Source: Candidatus Harpocratesius repetitus
Lineage (GTDB): Archaea; Asgardarchaeota; Lokiarchaeia; Sigyniarchaeales; Promethearchaeaceae
Reading direction: 5' to 3'
Length of the DNA: 32,000 bases
NCBI GenBank assembly: GCA_021498095.1
Contig: JAIZWK010000001.1
Span: 1,260,001-1,292,000 of the forward strand
The notes below the pieces were generated by a model. That model was not told the DNA's origin. It saw nothing but the letters and a program-made list of their open reading frames with translations, and made no database searches. Below are positions 9,152-17,707 of the stretch, in pieces. The stretch's first letter is position 1. Each line of letters opens with the position of its first letter. The position numbers were made by a program, and so were the translations under genes.

Positions 9152-10186
9152 TTAATTCTCAATTATTTCTTTGCAATTTTCTCGCTTGTTCCATAATTTT
9201 TCAGCAATTGCCTCAAATTCTTGCAGGATTTCTTGATCTTCTAAAAATTTTGCAATAGGTTCTTGACTTACAATAGCATATGGCCATCGTGAATTGATAG
9301 GAAATGATCCAAGTATTTCATATCCTTTTTGTTTAAAAAAGGCAGTTAATTCTGAGTACATTTCAAGATTCATATCTTTTTTATTTATGATTATACCAAA
9401 TGGGATATTAAAGGATTTAACAATGGAAATTGCTCTATTAATATCGTGTAAAGCTGCAGTTGTTGGTTCCGTAACAAACACAATAAAATCTACGCCAGTT
9501 ATAGCTGCCAATACTGGACATCCAATACCTGGGGGTCCGTCCATTAGAAGGAAATCCCGATTTTCTTGTTTAGCTTGAACTTCTGCAATTTTTCGAAGTT
9601 CGGTTACCATTTTTCCACTCGTTTGAGATCCTAAGATTGTTTCTCCAGATATTAAAGGAAATCCATAATCTGTCATGATTGTAGTTATTGTTCCACTATT
9701 TACTGGGTTAATTTGAAAGGAATGACTGGGACATAATAACTGACAAGCTTTACAACCTTCACATGCAACAACATCAATAATAGGAATTTTTTTATTTTCA
9801 TCCCAAGAAAGAGCATCAAAAGAGCAAAATTCTTGATCAATACATTGTTTGCAATGTGTGCATTTTTCTGGAATAAATTCGGCTTTTTCACTTGTTTGAA
9901 CTGTTTGCTTATGTGTTTCTCTTGATTTTTCTAATATTTCACTATGTTCAATATTATTGTACGAGTTTTCAGGAGTGAAGAGAATTGCCAAATTTGGAGC
10001 ATCAACATCAGCATCAGCAACAATAATTTGTCTATTTTGCTGGGCTAAAACATAAGCTAAACTCGATGTAATTGATGTTTTTCCCACTCCGCCTTTTCCT
10101 GAAATAACTGTAACTGTGAAAATTTTATATGTTTCCTCAGATTGTTGTTGGGTATTATGAGATTCACTTATCGATTTTACATTCAT
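9152..10186 (-). CDS. MinD-superfamily P-loop ATPase with inserted ferredoxin domain (COG1149 type)
   Basis: Deviant Walker A SGKGGVGKT, DADVDAPNL, CTHCKQC..C and CEGCKACQLLCP, DGPPGIGCP, VTEPT. Confidence 0.92.
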   Translation of the reverse strand: MNVKSISESHNTQQQSEETYKIFTVTVISGKGGVGKTSITSSLAYVLAQQNRQIIVADADVDAPNLAILFTPENSYNNIEHSEILEKSRETHKQTVQTSEKAEFIPEKCTHCKQCIDQEFCSFDALSWDENKKIPIIDVVACEGCKACQLLCPSHSFQINPVNSGTITTIMTDYGFPLISGETILGSQTSGKMVTELRKIAEVQAKQENRDFLLMDGPPGIGCPVLAAITGVDFIVFVTEPTTAALHDINRAISIVKSFNIPFGIIINKKDMNLEMYSELTAFFKQKGYEILGSFPINSRWPYAIVSQEPIAKFLEDQEILQEFEAIAEKLWNKRENCKEIIEN

Positions 10187-10214
10187 TTTTCATTTATCTC
10201 CTTGAGGTATTAAA

Positions 10215-11222
10215 TTAATCTGCTTTTTTTATTCGTAAATTACTTGGCATATTATCATGAATTGGCTTAATAATTGCTTGTATCTTATGAAAGATTTCAA
10301 GAAATTGGTTTTTGGCAGGAAAAGTCCGAGAATCTTGAACGAATGGTTTACCTTTTGCGTAATCTTCCATAATTGTTTTATCAACTTCAATATTGCCTAA
10401 ATATTTTGTTATATCACTGGATAACTTTTTTGTAAGAAAATCTGATTCGTTTGTTAGGTTTGATCGATTCAAAATGAAGTAAGATGGTTTATTTATGAGT
10501 CGAAGTAGTTCTAGTATTCTGTTTAAATCATGTTCTCCGAACGGAGTAGGCTCAGTGACACTGATTACCATATCTGATGCATTGAGTATTTTTTCAACAT
10601 CACAGTGTGCTCCAGGAGCTGAATCGATAATTATTATGTCATACTGGTTCATTATCTCAGGAGTAGTTGCTTGAGAAATCAAATTTTCGACAATAAAAGC
10701 CGACAATGCTTCAGATGGTGTCAATTCCCCTACTAAAAGATCAAGATTTTCAAAAGCATTTGGTATGAAATATTTTGTTCCAATCTGTCGTGCTCCTGCC
10801 TCGATGGCATCATGTGGACAAATTCGCTGGCAAACTTGACATCCAGAACATAAATGCTCCATAAGTGATGGATAATGTTCGGGAAATTGTAAAATTGCAT
10901 GTCGATAACAACCTTTTTGGCAGATTCCACATTTTACACATTTTTCTTTATTAAATTTCGGAATGAAAATATCAATAGGTTGAGAAGAGACTAATTTATT
11001 TTCTAAACTTTTTCCCAATAAAATAAATGTATTTGGATTTTCAACATCACAATCTACCAGCAAAACTCGAGAATTAGATTGAGTAAATGCAACTGCCAGA
11101 TTTGTTGCAACTAATGTTTTTCCAGTTCCACCTTTTCCTCCAGTAACTGCAATTATAGGAGGAAATGATCTATTCGCTATATTTTGAGTAATACTTTCCT
11201 TTTTAAGAGAATTATAGGTCAT
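10215..11222 (-). CDS. MinD-superfamily P-loop ATPase with inserted ferredoxin domain (COG1149 type), second paralog
   Basis: GGKGGTGKT, DCDVENPN, CVKCGICQKGC and CSGCQVCQRICP, DSAPGAHC, VTEPTPFGEHDL. Confidence 0.92.
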   Translation of the reverse strand: MTYNSLKKESITQNIANRSFPPIIAVTGGKGGTGKTLVATNLAVAFTQSNSRVLLVDCDVENPNTFILLGKSLENKLVSSQPIDIFIPKFNKEKCVKCGICQKGCYRHAILQFPEHYPSLMEHLCSGCQVCQRICPHDAIEAGARQIGTKYFIPNAFENLDLLVGELTPSEALSAFIVENLISQATTPEIMNQYDIIIIDSAPGAHCDVEKILNASDMVISVTEPTPFGEHDLNRILELLRLINKPSYFILNRSNLTNESDFLTKKLSSDITKYLGNIEVDKTIMEDYAKGKPFVQDSRTFPAKNQFLEIFHKIQAIIKPIHDNMPSNLRIKKAD

Positions 11223-11295
11223 GGAATTACTCCTTTATTTTGATATTTCATTATTTTATTCTTCTATTGAAAAATAACAAAAAAAAACTAAATAT

Positions 11296-11703
11296 TTAGT
11301 ATCGATGACCTGGGCTTGTAGCAGAGTTAATTTCTTCTAATTCATTTTTTAAGAATGCATCAATTAATTCAGCAACAGTTGCATTCTCTTTTTTTAATGG
11401 ACCAAACATTTGAATATTTGCTTGCTTTAATGCATTTGCTGCATTAGGACCATAATACCCACCAATAATAGTATTCACTCCTTCATTTGCAATTGATTGA
11501 ACTGCCAGCGGCCCTGCTCCTCCCATTGCTTGACTGGCTTTATTTTCTATGATTGAAACTGTTTCAATTTCACCATCATTTAATGAAACAATGGTGAATA
11601 TGGGACAACGACCAAAACGAGTCGTTGCTTTAGCTTTTAATCCTTGATCTGAAGTGCTAGGAACAGCAATTTTTATTGTTTTTGTCTCAGACATTTTTCT
11701 CAC
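11296..11703 (-). CDS. NifB/NifX family protein (first gene of the ATPase operon)
   Basis: KIAVPS..RFGRCPIFTIV..GGAGPLAVQ..GGYYGPNAANAL; probable start ATG 11694. Confidence 0.9.
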   Translation of the reverse strand: MRKMSETKTIKIAVPSTSDQGLKAKATTRFGRCPIFTIVSLNDGEIETVSIIENKASQAMGGAGPLAVQSIANEGVNTIIGGYYGPNAANALKQANIQMFGPLKKENATVAELIDAFLKNELEEINSATSPGHRY

Positions 11704-11756
11704 TTCTATATGATTAAGTTCTTAAATAATATTAAAAATTTTAAATCAATCAAACA

Positions 11757-11776
11757 TTATGAATATTTATTCATAA
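11757..11776. promoter_or_regulatory. Palindromic operator TTATGAATA-TT-TATTCATAA
   Basis: Perfect 9-bp inverted repeat with 2-bp spacer in the divergent NifX/PIG-L intergenic region; identical arms at 12912-12931. Confidence 0.75.
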
Positions 11777-11835
11777 AAATATTTTTTTAAAGAAAAACTT
11801 TTGGAGTTAGAATTAAAAGTAGCAAAATAAAAAGA

Positions 11836-12795
11836 TTGAAAAGAAGAATTTTTCCAGTTGTATTAGTAATTATGAACCAGAAAAAATTCTTGTTTATCTG
11901 TGCCCATCCTGATGATTTGGAATTTAACATTGGTTATCTAATATTCTGCTTGGGGCATAAAAATATCAAGGGAATTGGAAAAGAATTTATCTTTTCGATT
12001 AAAAAAGGATATCCTTCTCCTGCTCAACGCAGTGTTTCTGTTCGAATTATTAGTATGACTCGGGGAGAAATGAGTGATTATACTTTAATAACCAAATCCA
12101 CAAAAAGGGCCGCAGAAGTTAGAACTGCTGAATTAATCAAAGCTATGAATTATCTTGGAATATCAGAGAATGAAATTTCTTTTCTCGGATGTTTTGATGG
12201 TGATATTCGAGTTACAGATCGAAATATTGAGAAGCTTAAGAGAGAGATAATTACATTTCAACCAGATTATGTAATTGCTCCTGAACCAGTATTTACATGG
12301 TATTTCCATCAAGATCACCGAAAAACGGGTAAAATCGCTTATTGGGCAATCCAACGCCTGATTTCTGAAAGAAAAAATCCTAAAAAGATTTTAAAATCCT
12401 CAAATGTTGACAAAATTCCCGCTTTATATTTTTATTCTTCTTTATTTCATCATTTCTACTTTCCTAAGTATCCTTCATTTCAAATTTCTGTCAATAATGC
12501 TCTTCAAGCGCATTATTCCCAGAAAGAATTATTATTTGGGAAAGGTGTTAAAATGGATAAAATTACTACCACTATACATGGATGGCATGTTTCCAATCAT
12601 AAATATGCTCAAGCATTGAGACGTCAATTCATTTCTGGACGAGATCCGCTTTCAGCTAAATTTAAGCTTGATAAAAAGAATACTTTATGGAGAAAATTAT
12701 TATACATTTTAGGTGTAAAAATAGTTTATTCTTATACTATTCCAGAATTGGAAAGTAAACGTAAATTTTTTGATGGGACCTTACCGCCATCATAA
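11836..12795 (+). CDS. PIG-L/LmbE family deacetylase
   Basis: AHPDD and HQDH Zn-binding motifs, TRGE and R-x-x-E segments; probable start ATG 11872. Confidence 0.88.
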   Translation: MKRRIFPVVLVIMNQKKFLFICAHPDDLEFNIGYLIFCLGHKNIKGIGKEFIFSIKKGYPSPAQRSVSVRIISMTRGEMSDYTLITKSTKRAAEVRTAELIKAMNYLGISENEISFLGCFDGDIRVTDRNIEKLKREIITFQPDYVIAPEPVFTWYFHQDHRKTGKIAYWAIQRLISERKNPKKILKSSNVDKIPALYFYSSLFHHFYFPKYPSFQISVNNALQAHYSQKELLFGKGVKMDKITTTIHGWHVSNHKYAQALRRQFISGRDPLSAKFKLDKKNTLWRKLLYILGVKIVYSYTIPELESKRKFFDGTLPPS

Positions 12796-12879
12796 TTTTT
12801 ATTCAAATTTACTCTCCACCGTTCATTTTCCTTTTTTCATTCCTTTTACATTTTTTGCTTTCAGATCAATAACAAAGAC

Positions 12880-12887
12880 TTTAAATA
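12880..12887 (+). promoter_or_regulatory. Candidate TATA box for the DUF5320 gene
   Basis: TTTAAATA preceded by purine-rich AAAGAC (BRE-like), about 25 nt upstream of the palindrome; weak evidence in AT-rich DNA. Confidence 0.35.
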
Positions 12888-12911
12888 TATGGAATGAGTT
12901 TAGTCACTTAG

Positions 12912-12931
12912 TTATGAATAATTATTCATAA
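12912..12931. promoter_or_regulatory. Palindromic operator TTATGAATAATTATTCATAA
   Basis: Perfect 20-bp palindrome 26 nt upstream of the ATG at 12958; same arms as 11757-11776. Confidence 0.75.
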
Positions 12932-12948
12932 ATATTTAAATAAAAAAA

Positions 12949-13323
12949 GTGATTAATATGCCCTACGGAGACAGAACAGGTCCTAATGGATTAGGTCCTC
13001 GAACAGGTCGAGGATTAGGTTTTTGTAATGGCTACCCACAACCGGGATATGCAAATCCGGTTGGATATCCTCCATATTCGCAACGAGGTTTTGGTCGAGG
13101 CGGAGGTTATGGTCGAGGTGGTGGATGGGGAAGAGGTGGAGGTTATGGTCGAGGTTATCGACACTGGGCTCCTATATATGATGTCTATCCTCCAATTTAT
13201 CCTCCAACTTCAATTTCTCCTGAAGATCAAAAGAAAACCTATGAACTTTATGTTCAAAATCTTGAAAAACAACTTAACGATGCAAAAAAACATTTAGAAA
13301 ATTTTGAAAAAGATAATGAATAA
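12949..13323 (+). CDS. DUF5320 family Gly/Arg-rich protein
   Basis: MPYGDRTGPNGLGPRTGRGLGFC N-terminus, Gly-rich middle, C-terminal coiled coil; probable start ATG 12958. Confidence 0.88.
   Translation: MINMPYGDRTGPNGLGPRTGRGLGFCNGYPQPGYANPVGYPPYSQRGFGRGGGYGRGGGWGRGGGYGRGYRHWAPIYDVYPPIYPPTSISPEDQKKTYELYVQNLEKQLNDAKKHLENFEKDNE
13093..13158 (+). repeat. 18-bp coding tandem repeat (GRGGG[YW] x3 plus a partial unit)
   Basis: ggtcgaggcggaggttat / ggtcgaggtggtggatgg / ggaagaggtggaggttat / ggtcgaggttat. Confidence 0.8.
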
Positions 13324-13394
13324 AAAGTCGAGAAAAATTTCCAAAATGCTGATATAATAACACCTCATTATGCAAAAAATTCTTTTTTTTTTAG

Positions 13395-13422
13395 AGTATG
13401 CATTAAATTGCATACTTTTTTT
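13395..13422 (+). terminator. Hairpin plus T-tract between convergent DUF5320 and Lrp genes
   Basis: 8-bp stem AGTATGCA/TGCATACT with 6-nt loop, running into T7. Confidence 0.5.
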
Positions 13423-13465
13423 CTTCTTTTTGTGTTCTTTCCTACATTATTTTTTCTTATTTATA

Positions 13466-14056
13466 TCACATTAAATTTAATTCTTCAGGTGATCTAACTC
13501 CTGCTCTTTTTCTGTCTGCTGCACAAACAGGATTCCCTTTACAAGGATCATCAGTATTTACCAAAGATTCAACTGTTAGGTTAAGTGGAAAGATTATTGG
13601 ACTCGCCATAGAAGTAACCAAATCCATTTGAATTCGAAATACATAAGGTTTGTTACGAAAATGTCTATCCATAACAGCATCTAAATGTTTTAAGTTTCGA
13701 GAAGCCATAAAAAGAGTCATATTATAATCTCCTGTGCTTTTAATTGCATTTATAACAAAAGGGCAATATTCACATAATTCCATTATATCTTCTGGACGAG
13801 TAGTTTTTAGATTAACACGTATTAAGTTCAGTTCTGGAATTTGTTGAAAATTTACACCAATTTGTGTGGCAATTAATCCTCTTTCGGCTAATTTTTTAAT
13901 GCGAGCGCCAATGGCTGGTTGGGATAATCCTAAGATTTCAGCGATTTTGGAATGTGTTATCGAAGGATCATGTTGCAATTGGTCTATTATGGCTTTGTCA
14001 GTTGAATCAATATTAAAATTCTTTTTCATTACCTTCAAGAATACGTGTGCTGACAT
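13466..14056 (-). CDS. Lrp/AsnC family transcriptional regulator with extra Cys motifs
   Basis: IDSTDKAIIDQLQHDPSITHSKIAEILGLSQPAIGARIKKL HTH; RAM-like domain with CEYCP; C-terminal PC-x5-C. Confidence 0.88.
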   Translation of the reverse strand: MSAHVFLKVMKKNFNIDSTDKAIIDQLQHDPSITHSKIAEILGLSQPAIGARIKKLAERGLIATQIGVNFQQIPELNLIRVNLKTTRPEDIMELCEYCPFVINAIKSTGDYNMTLFMASRNLKHLDAVMDRHFRNKPYVFRIQMDLVTSMASPIIFPLNLTVESLVNTDDPCKGNPVCAADRKRAGVRSPEELNLM

Positions 14057-14205
14057 TATATTTTATCTTTTCTTTTCCTATATAATGAAATCAAAAATAT
14101 TTTCTAATTTCGTTAATTTTCATTTTCAACAGTTTATTAAAGAGAATCATACTGTATGTATTGAAGAATGATCAAAAAATCTGATGATCAAGTATAATCT
14201 TCAAT

Positions 14206-14994
14206 GTGTTTAGGAGGGTTTTAATGGGACGTCCCCACAAATATCGCAAAATTTCAAATATTGTGCCGAAATTTAATAATTACCATCCAAAAGGAATAAA
14301 TTCTCAAGATGTTAATCAAATTTTTCTTAGTATGGAGGAATTTGAAGCCCTTCGACTTCGTTATTATGAAGATCTTAAACAAACTGATGCAGCTCAAAAA
14401 ATGCAAATTTCACAGACTACATTTTCAAGAATTCTATCTAAAGCTTATAGAAAGATAACAAAAGCTTTAGTTGAAGGGTATGGAATTGCAATACAAACAG
14501 AAATCATGCCTCTACCAATTAAACCTGTTCAACCTATTTCATCTATTCCTCCTCGGTATGGTCGCCGTAGACATGGGCGTGCTTTTCATAGTATTGAGGA
14601 CTTTCCGCAAAGGGGGGGTTCAAAACATCTTGGTAATAATTCATTTAAAATGGATCAAGATAAATCTTTTCAACTGGATCAATCACCAAATTGGATTCCA
14701 CGACCGACAGATCCAAAAAGTCAAGAAAGGCAGGTAATTGTTTTTAAAGGTTGGGGATGTTTGAATTGTGGGTTTGTTTTTCAAACTTCGTCGCAATCTG
14801 ATGAAAATTTGAAAGAAAGAAATGATAAAAAAGTGGGTGAATTCGCTGAAGAAAGAAACTATAAAGATCATAAAGACCTTGAAAAGAAAGAAATTTCTTC
14901 TTCCCAATCAAACACAACTAAGCAAAAACCAATATGTCCGAAATGTAACTCAAAAAAAACATATCAATTAATCAAAAAATTATCTCCTGATTGA
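14206..14994 (+). CDS. DUF134 HTH protein, long paralog with split Zn ribbon
   Basis: MGRPHKYRKI..EEFEALRL..AAQKMQISQTTFSRIL..KALVEG; CLNC-x55-CPKC; probable start ATG 14224 after AGGAGG. Confidence 0.88.
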   Translation: MFRRVLMGRPHKYRKISNIVPKFNNYHPKGINSQDVNQIFLSMEEFEALRLRYYEDLKQTDAAQKMQISQTTFSRILSKAYRKITKALVEGYGIAIQTEIMPLPIKPVQPISSIPPRYGRRRHGRAFHSIEDFPQRGGSKHLGNNSFKMDQDKSFQLDQSPNWIPRPTDPKSQERQVIVFKGWGCLNCGFVFQTSSQSDENLKERNDKKVGEFAEERNYKDHKDLEKKEISSSQSNTTKQKPICPKCNSKKTYQLIKKLSPD

Positions 14995-15110
14995 TATCAG
15001 TAATTAAAAGTCGTTAGTAATACAGAATTAGTTTTATCATTATTTCATAAATGAAAAAATAGCATAATTTTATGTGAAATAATAAATTAAGCTACAAGAA
15101 GGAATCCTTA

Positions 15111-16022
15111 ATGGAGAGCTCTGAAAAAATAAGTTCACAAAAACAAACATCACTAATTTCTCATCCTTTTCAAAATGAGGGTCTAAGTCAAGAATTATTT
15201 GATTTTTTTAGTAATCAGCCAGTATCTCTGTCTTCTTCAGAACTTATTGATTCTTTCAACAAATTCTCTTCACTTCCCAAACATTGGTCTGGCCGAAAAT
15301 TAAAACAATTTTTAACAGGAGAGGGCTTTTTACGATATACACGCGCAAATCCAAAGGGATATTATTTAAATATTAAAGAAATTCAAGAAACCTATCTTAA
15401 AGAATCGAATTTATTGCTAAAAGAATCAGAAAAATCAACTTCTGAAAAAATAATAAATTCATTAGCAAATAATCCACCTGAAACAAATAAAAAAACGCAT
15501 AGATCTCATTCATTTTCGTCCCAAGAATCTATAAATGATATTTTGGATACGATTCCTGATTTCCCACAATATCTTTTGGCAAGAATGCCAAAAAAAGCGC
15601 GTTATGCATTTCGTTTAGGTGTAGCTCAAATTAATTCTTTATCGATAAGTAAATTAGATCATATGATTGAATATTTAACAGCTGCAAAAATGTTTTTTGA
15701 TACTACTTATTCCAATGAAGGAGAATTAGTTAAGGCAATTAATGATAAAATAAGATATATGTCAGAAATTTCCGAAATGCGCCATTCTGAATCCATTCAA
15801 AGGGAATTTCAAAAAATATTCTATTCCCTATATTCTAAAGGAAAATTCTCATCAATTATTCAAAATTGGGGTGTAAAATATGGATTGGATGGGTGTGCTT
15901 TTCGATGTTGGAAAAAAATGGGAAAAAAAGCCAAAAAAATACCTATTTCGGATTATGCTCTTAGGAAAATGATTGCAGAAGTATTAAAAGAAAAATTTCC
16001 AGATAAATTAAAAGAGAAGTAG
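15111..16022 (+). CDS. Hypothetical protein (possible N-terminal winged helix)
   Basis: 303-aa ORF with AAGGA RBS-like motif, 14 bp upstream of the M24 gene; no family recognised. Confidence 0.7.
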   Translation: MESSEKISSQKQTSLISHPFQNEGLSQELFDFFSNQPVSLSSSELIDSFNKFSSLPKHWSGRKLKQFLTGEGFLRYTRANPKGYYLNIKEIQETYLKESNLLLKESEKSTSEKIINSLANNPPETNKKTHRSHSFSSQESINDILDTIPDFPQYLLARMPKKARYAFRLGVAQINSLSISKLDHMIEYLTAAKMFFDTTYSNEGELVKAINDKIRYMSEISEMRHSESIQREFQKIFYSLYSKGKFSSIIQNWGVKYGLDGCAFRCWKKMGKKAKKIPISDYALRKMIAEVLKEKFPDKLKEK

Positions 16023-16036
16023 AATTAACTCATTTT

Positions 16037-17257
16037 ATGAGCCAAATACATGATCTTCGCATTAAATCCATTCAAAAATCCCTTCAAACAATTAAATTAG
16101 ATGGAAAAGACATCCATGGTTGGTTATTATACGATTTTCATAATAGGGATCCTATTGCATATCGAATTTTACAATTAAATGAAAATAATTTTCATTCGAG
16201 AAGATGGTATTATTTTATTCCATCAAATGGGTTGCCCCAAAAATTGGTTAGTGCTGTAGAACTAGGAGCTTTAGATGATCTTCCTGGTAAAAAATCAGTT
16301 TATCGTTCTTTATCAGAACAGAAAGATTTTCTTCACCAAATTCTTCCCAAGGGAAGTAACATTTTGATGAATTATTCACCTATGAATGACGTACCTTACG
16401 TTTCAATGCTGGATGCAGGAACATTTGAGTTAATTCAAAGTTTTGGCTGCAATATTCATTCTGCACAAGATTTAATCCAAGAATTCGAAGGATTAGTTGA
16501 TGAGAAAGCATTTGAAACACATCAACGCGCCTCAAAAATTATGCATGAGATAATGGAATCAGCATTTAAAGAAATTGGACGCCGTATTAGTGAAGGTCGG
16601 CGATGTCGAGAGGTGGATATTCAGCATTTTATTCGAGAAAGCTATAAAAAAAATAATCTGATTACAGTGGGTAGCCCTGAGGTGGCAATTAATCAAAATG
16701 CCGCAGATCCTCATTATAGTCCATCAAGAGAAGGCCCAAATATAAAGAAAGGTGATTTGGTCCTTATTGATTCATGGGCTAAATTCGATGAACCCGGTGC
16801 TGTTTATTATGATCATACTTGGATGGCGTATATAGGTGAAGAAATTCCTTCTCGCATTCAAGAAATATGGGAAATCGTATGTAAAGCTCGAGATACAGCA
16901 GTTGCATTTGAGCGAGATAAAATTGAAAATGGGCAGCCTTGTTATGGATGGGAAATTGATCATGCATGCCGTAAAGTTATTGATGATGCGGGTTATGGTG
17001 ATTTTTTTGTTCATCGAACCGGTCATTCTATTGGGCAAGAAGTTCATGGGAATGCAGTTCATATCGATGGATTAGAAACACATGATACCCGGCAGGTGGT
17101 TCCTTTAATTCTTCATTCTATTGAACCGGGGATTTATCTTATGGATGAAAAGATCGGAATTCGCTCAGAAATAGATGTATATATCGATTCAAATAGACGC
17201 GTTATAGTTACAGGACCTATCCAGAATGAAATTGTAAAAATTCTGCCTCGAAAATGA
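16037..17257 (+). CDS. Xaa-Pro aminopeptidase / M24 family metallopeptidase
   Basis: LIDSWAK..YYDHT, HRTGHSIG, SIEPGIY and RSEID metal-binding motifs. Confidence 0.92.
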   Translation: MSQIHDLRIKSIQKSLQTIKLDGKDIHGWLLYDFHNRDPIAYRILQLNENNFHSRRWYYFIPSNGLPQKLVSAVELGALDDLPGKKSVYRSLSEQKDFLHQILPKGSNILMNYSPMNDVPYVSMLDAGTFELIQSFGCNIHSAQDLIQEFEGLVDEKAFETHQRASKIMHEIMESAFKEIGRRISEGRRCREVDIQHFIRESYKKNNLITVGSPEVAINQNAADPHYSPSREGPNIKKGDLVLIDSWAKFDEPGAVYYDHTWMAYIGEEIPSRIQEIWEIVCKARDTAVAFERDKIENGQPCYGWEIDHACRKVIDDAGYGDFFVHRTGHSIGQEVHGNAVHIDGLETHDTRQVVPLILHSIEPGIYLMDEKIGIRSEIDVYIDSNRRVIVTGPIQNEIVKILPRK

Positions 17258-17380
17258 ACATGCAGTAATCTTTTCCTTTCAATTTTTTTTTTGGAATAGA
17301 AATTAGTATATTTTTTATGTTACTTGAAATAATTGATATCTGATTAAAATGCAATTTGGGCTATTTCTAATAACGAAGGA

Positions 17381-17707
17381 TCAATTCATTGACACCTCGG
17401 TTTGATTTTTTTTCCCCCAATTTTCGTTTAATTGAAATAATCGTTTAATTCCTGAATTATTCCACTCATTAAAGAGAATTTTTGGGCTAAATCGGTGCGG
17501 AACAATGATAATTTCTAAGATTTCTGGGTTATTTCTTGCGATAATAAATGTCCGAAGTCGCTGTTCTAAACCTTCAGCTGTTTTAGGACCAAATAAATGA
17601 ACACGAGACTCAATCACACTATTTATATTCTCCACCAGATTATTTGATATAACTTTTGCAACAAATAGTCTTATATTTCCCCTATGCAACAGTAACTGCG
17701 AGAGCAC
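17381..17707 (-). CDS. Small hypothetical protein
   Basis: Fills the gap between the two peptidases; the frame stays open to 17779 without ATG, so the start is uncertain. Confidence 0.45.
   Translation of the reverse strand: MLSQLLLHRGNIRLFVAKVISNNLVENINSVIESRVHLFGPKTAEGLEQRLRTFIIARNNPEILEIIIVPHRFSPKILFNEWNNSGIKRLFQLNENWGKKNQTEVSMN

Noticed and set aside
8608-11703. Nitrogen fixation or Min-type cell division genes
   Set aside because: No nifHDK or minCE here; NifX-like and MinD-like domains in this arrangement belong to the ORP-type cluster.
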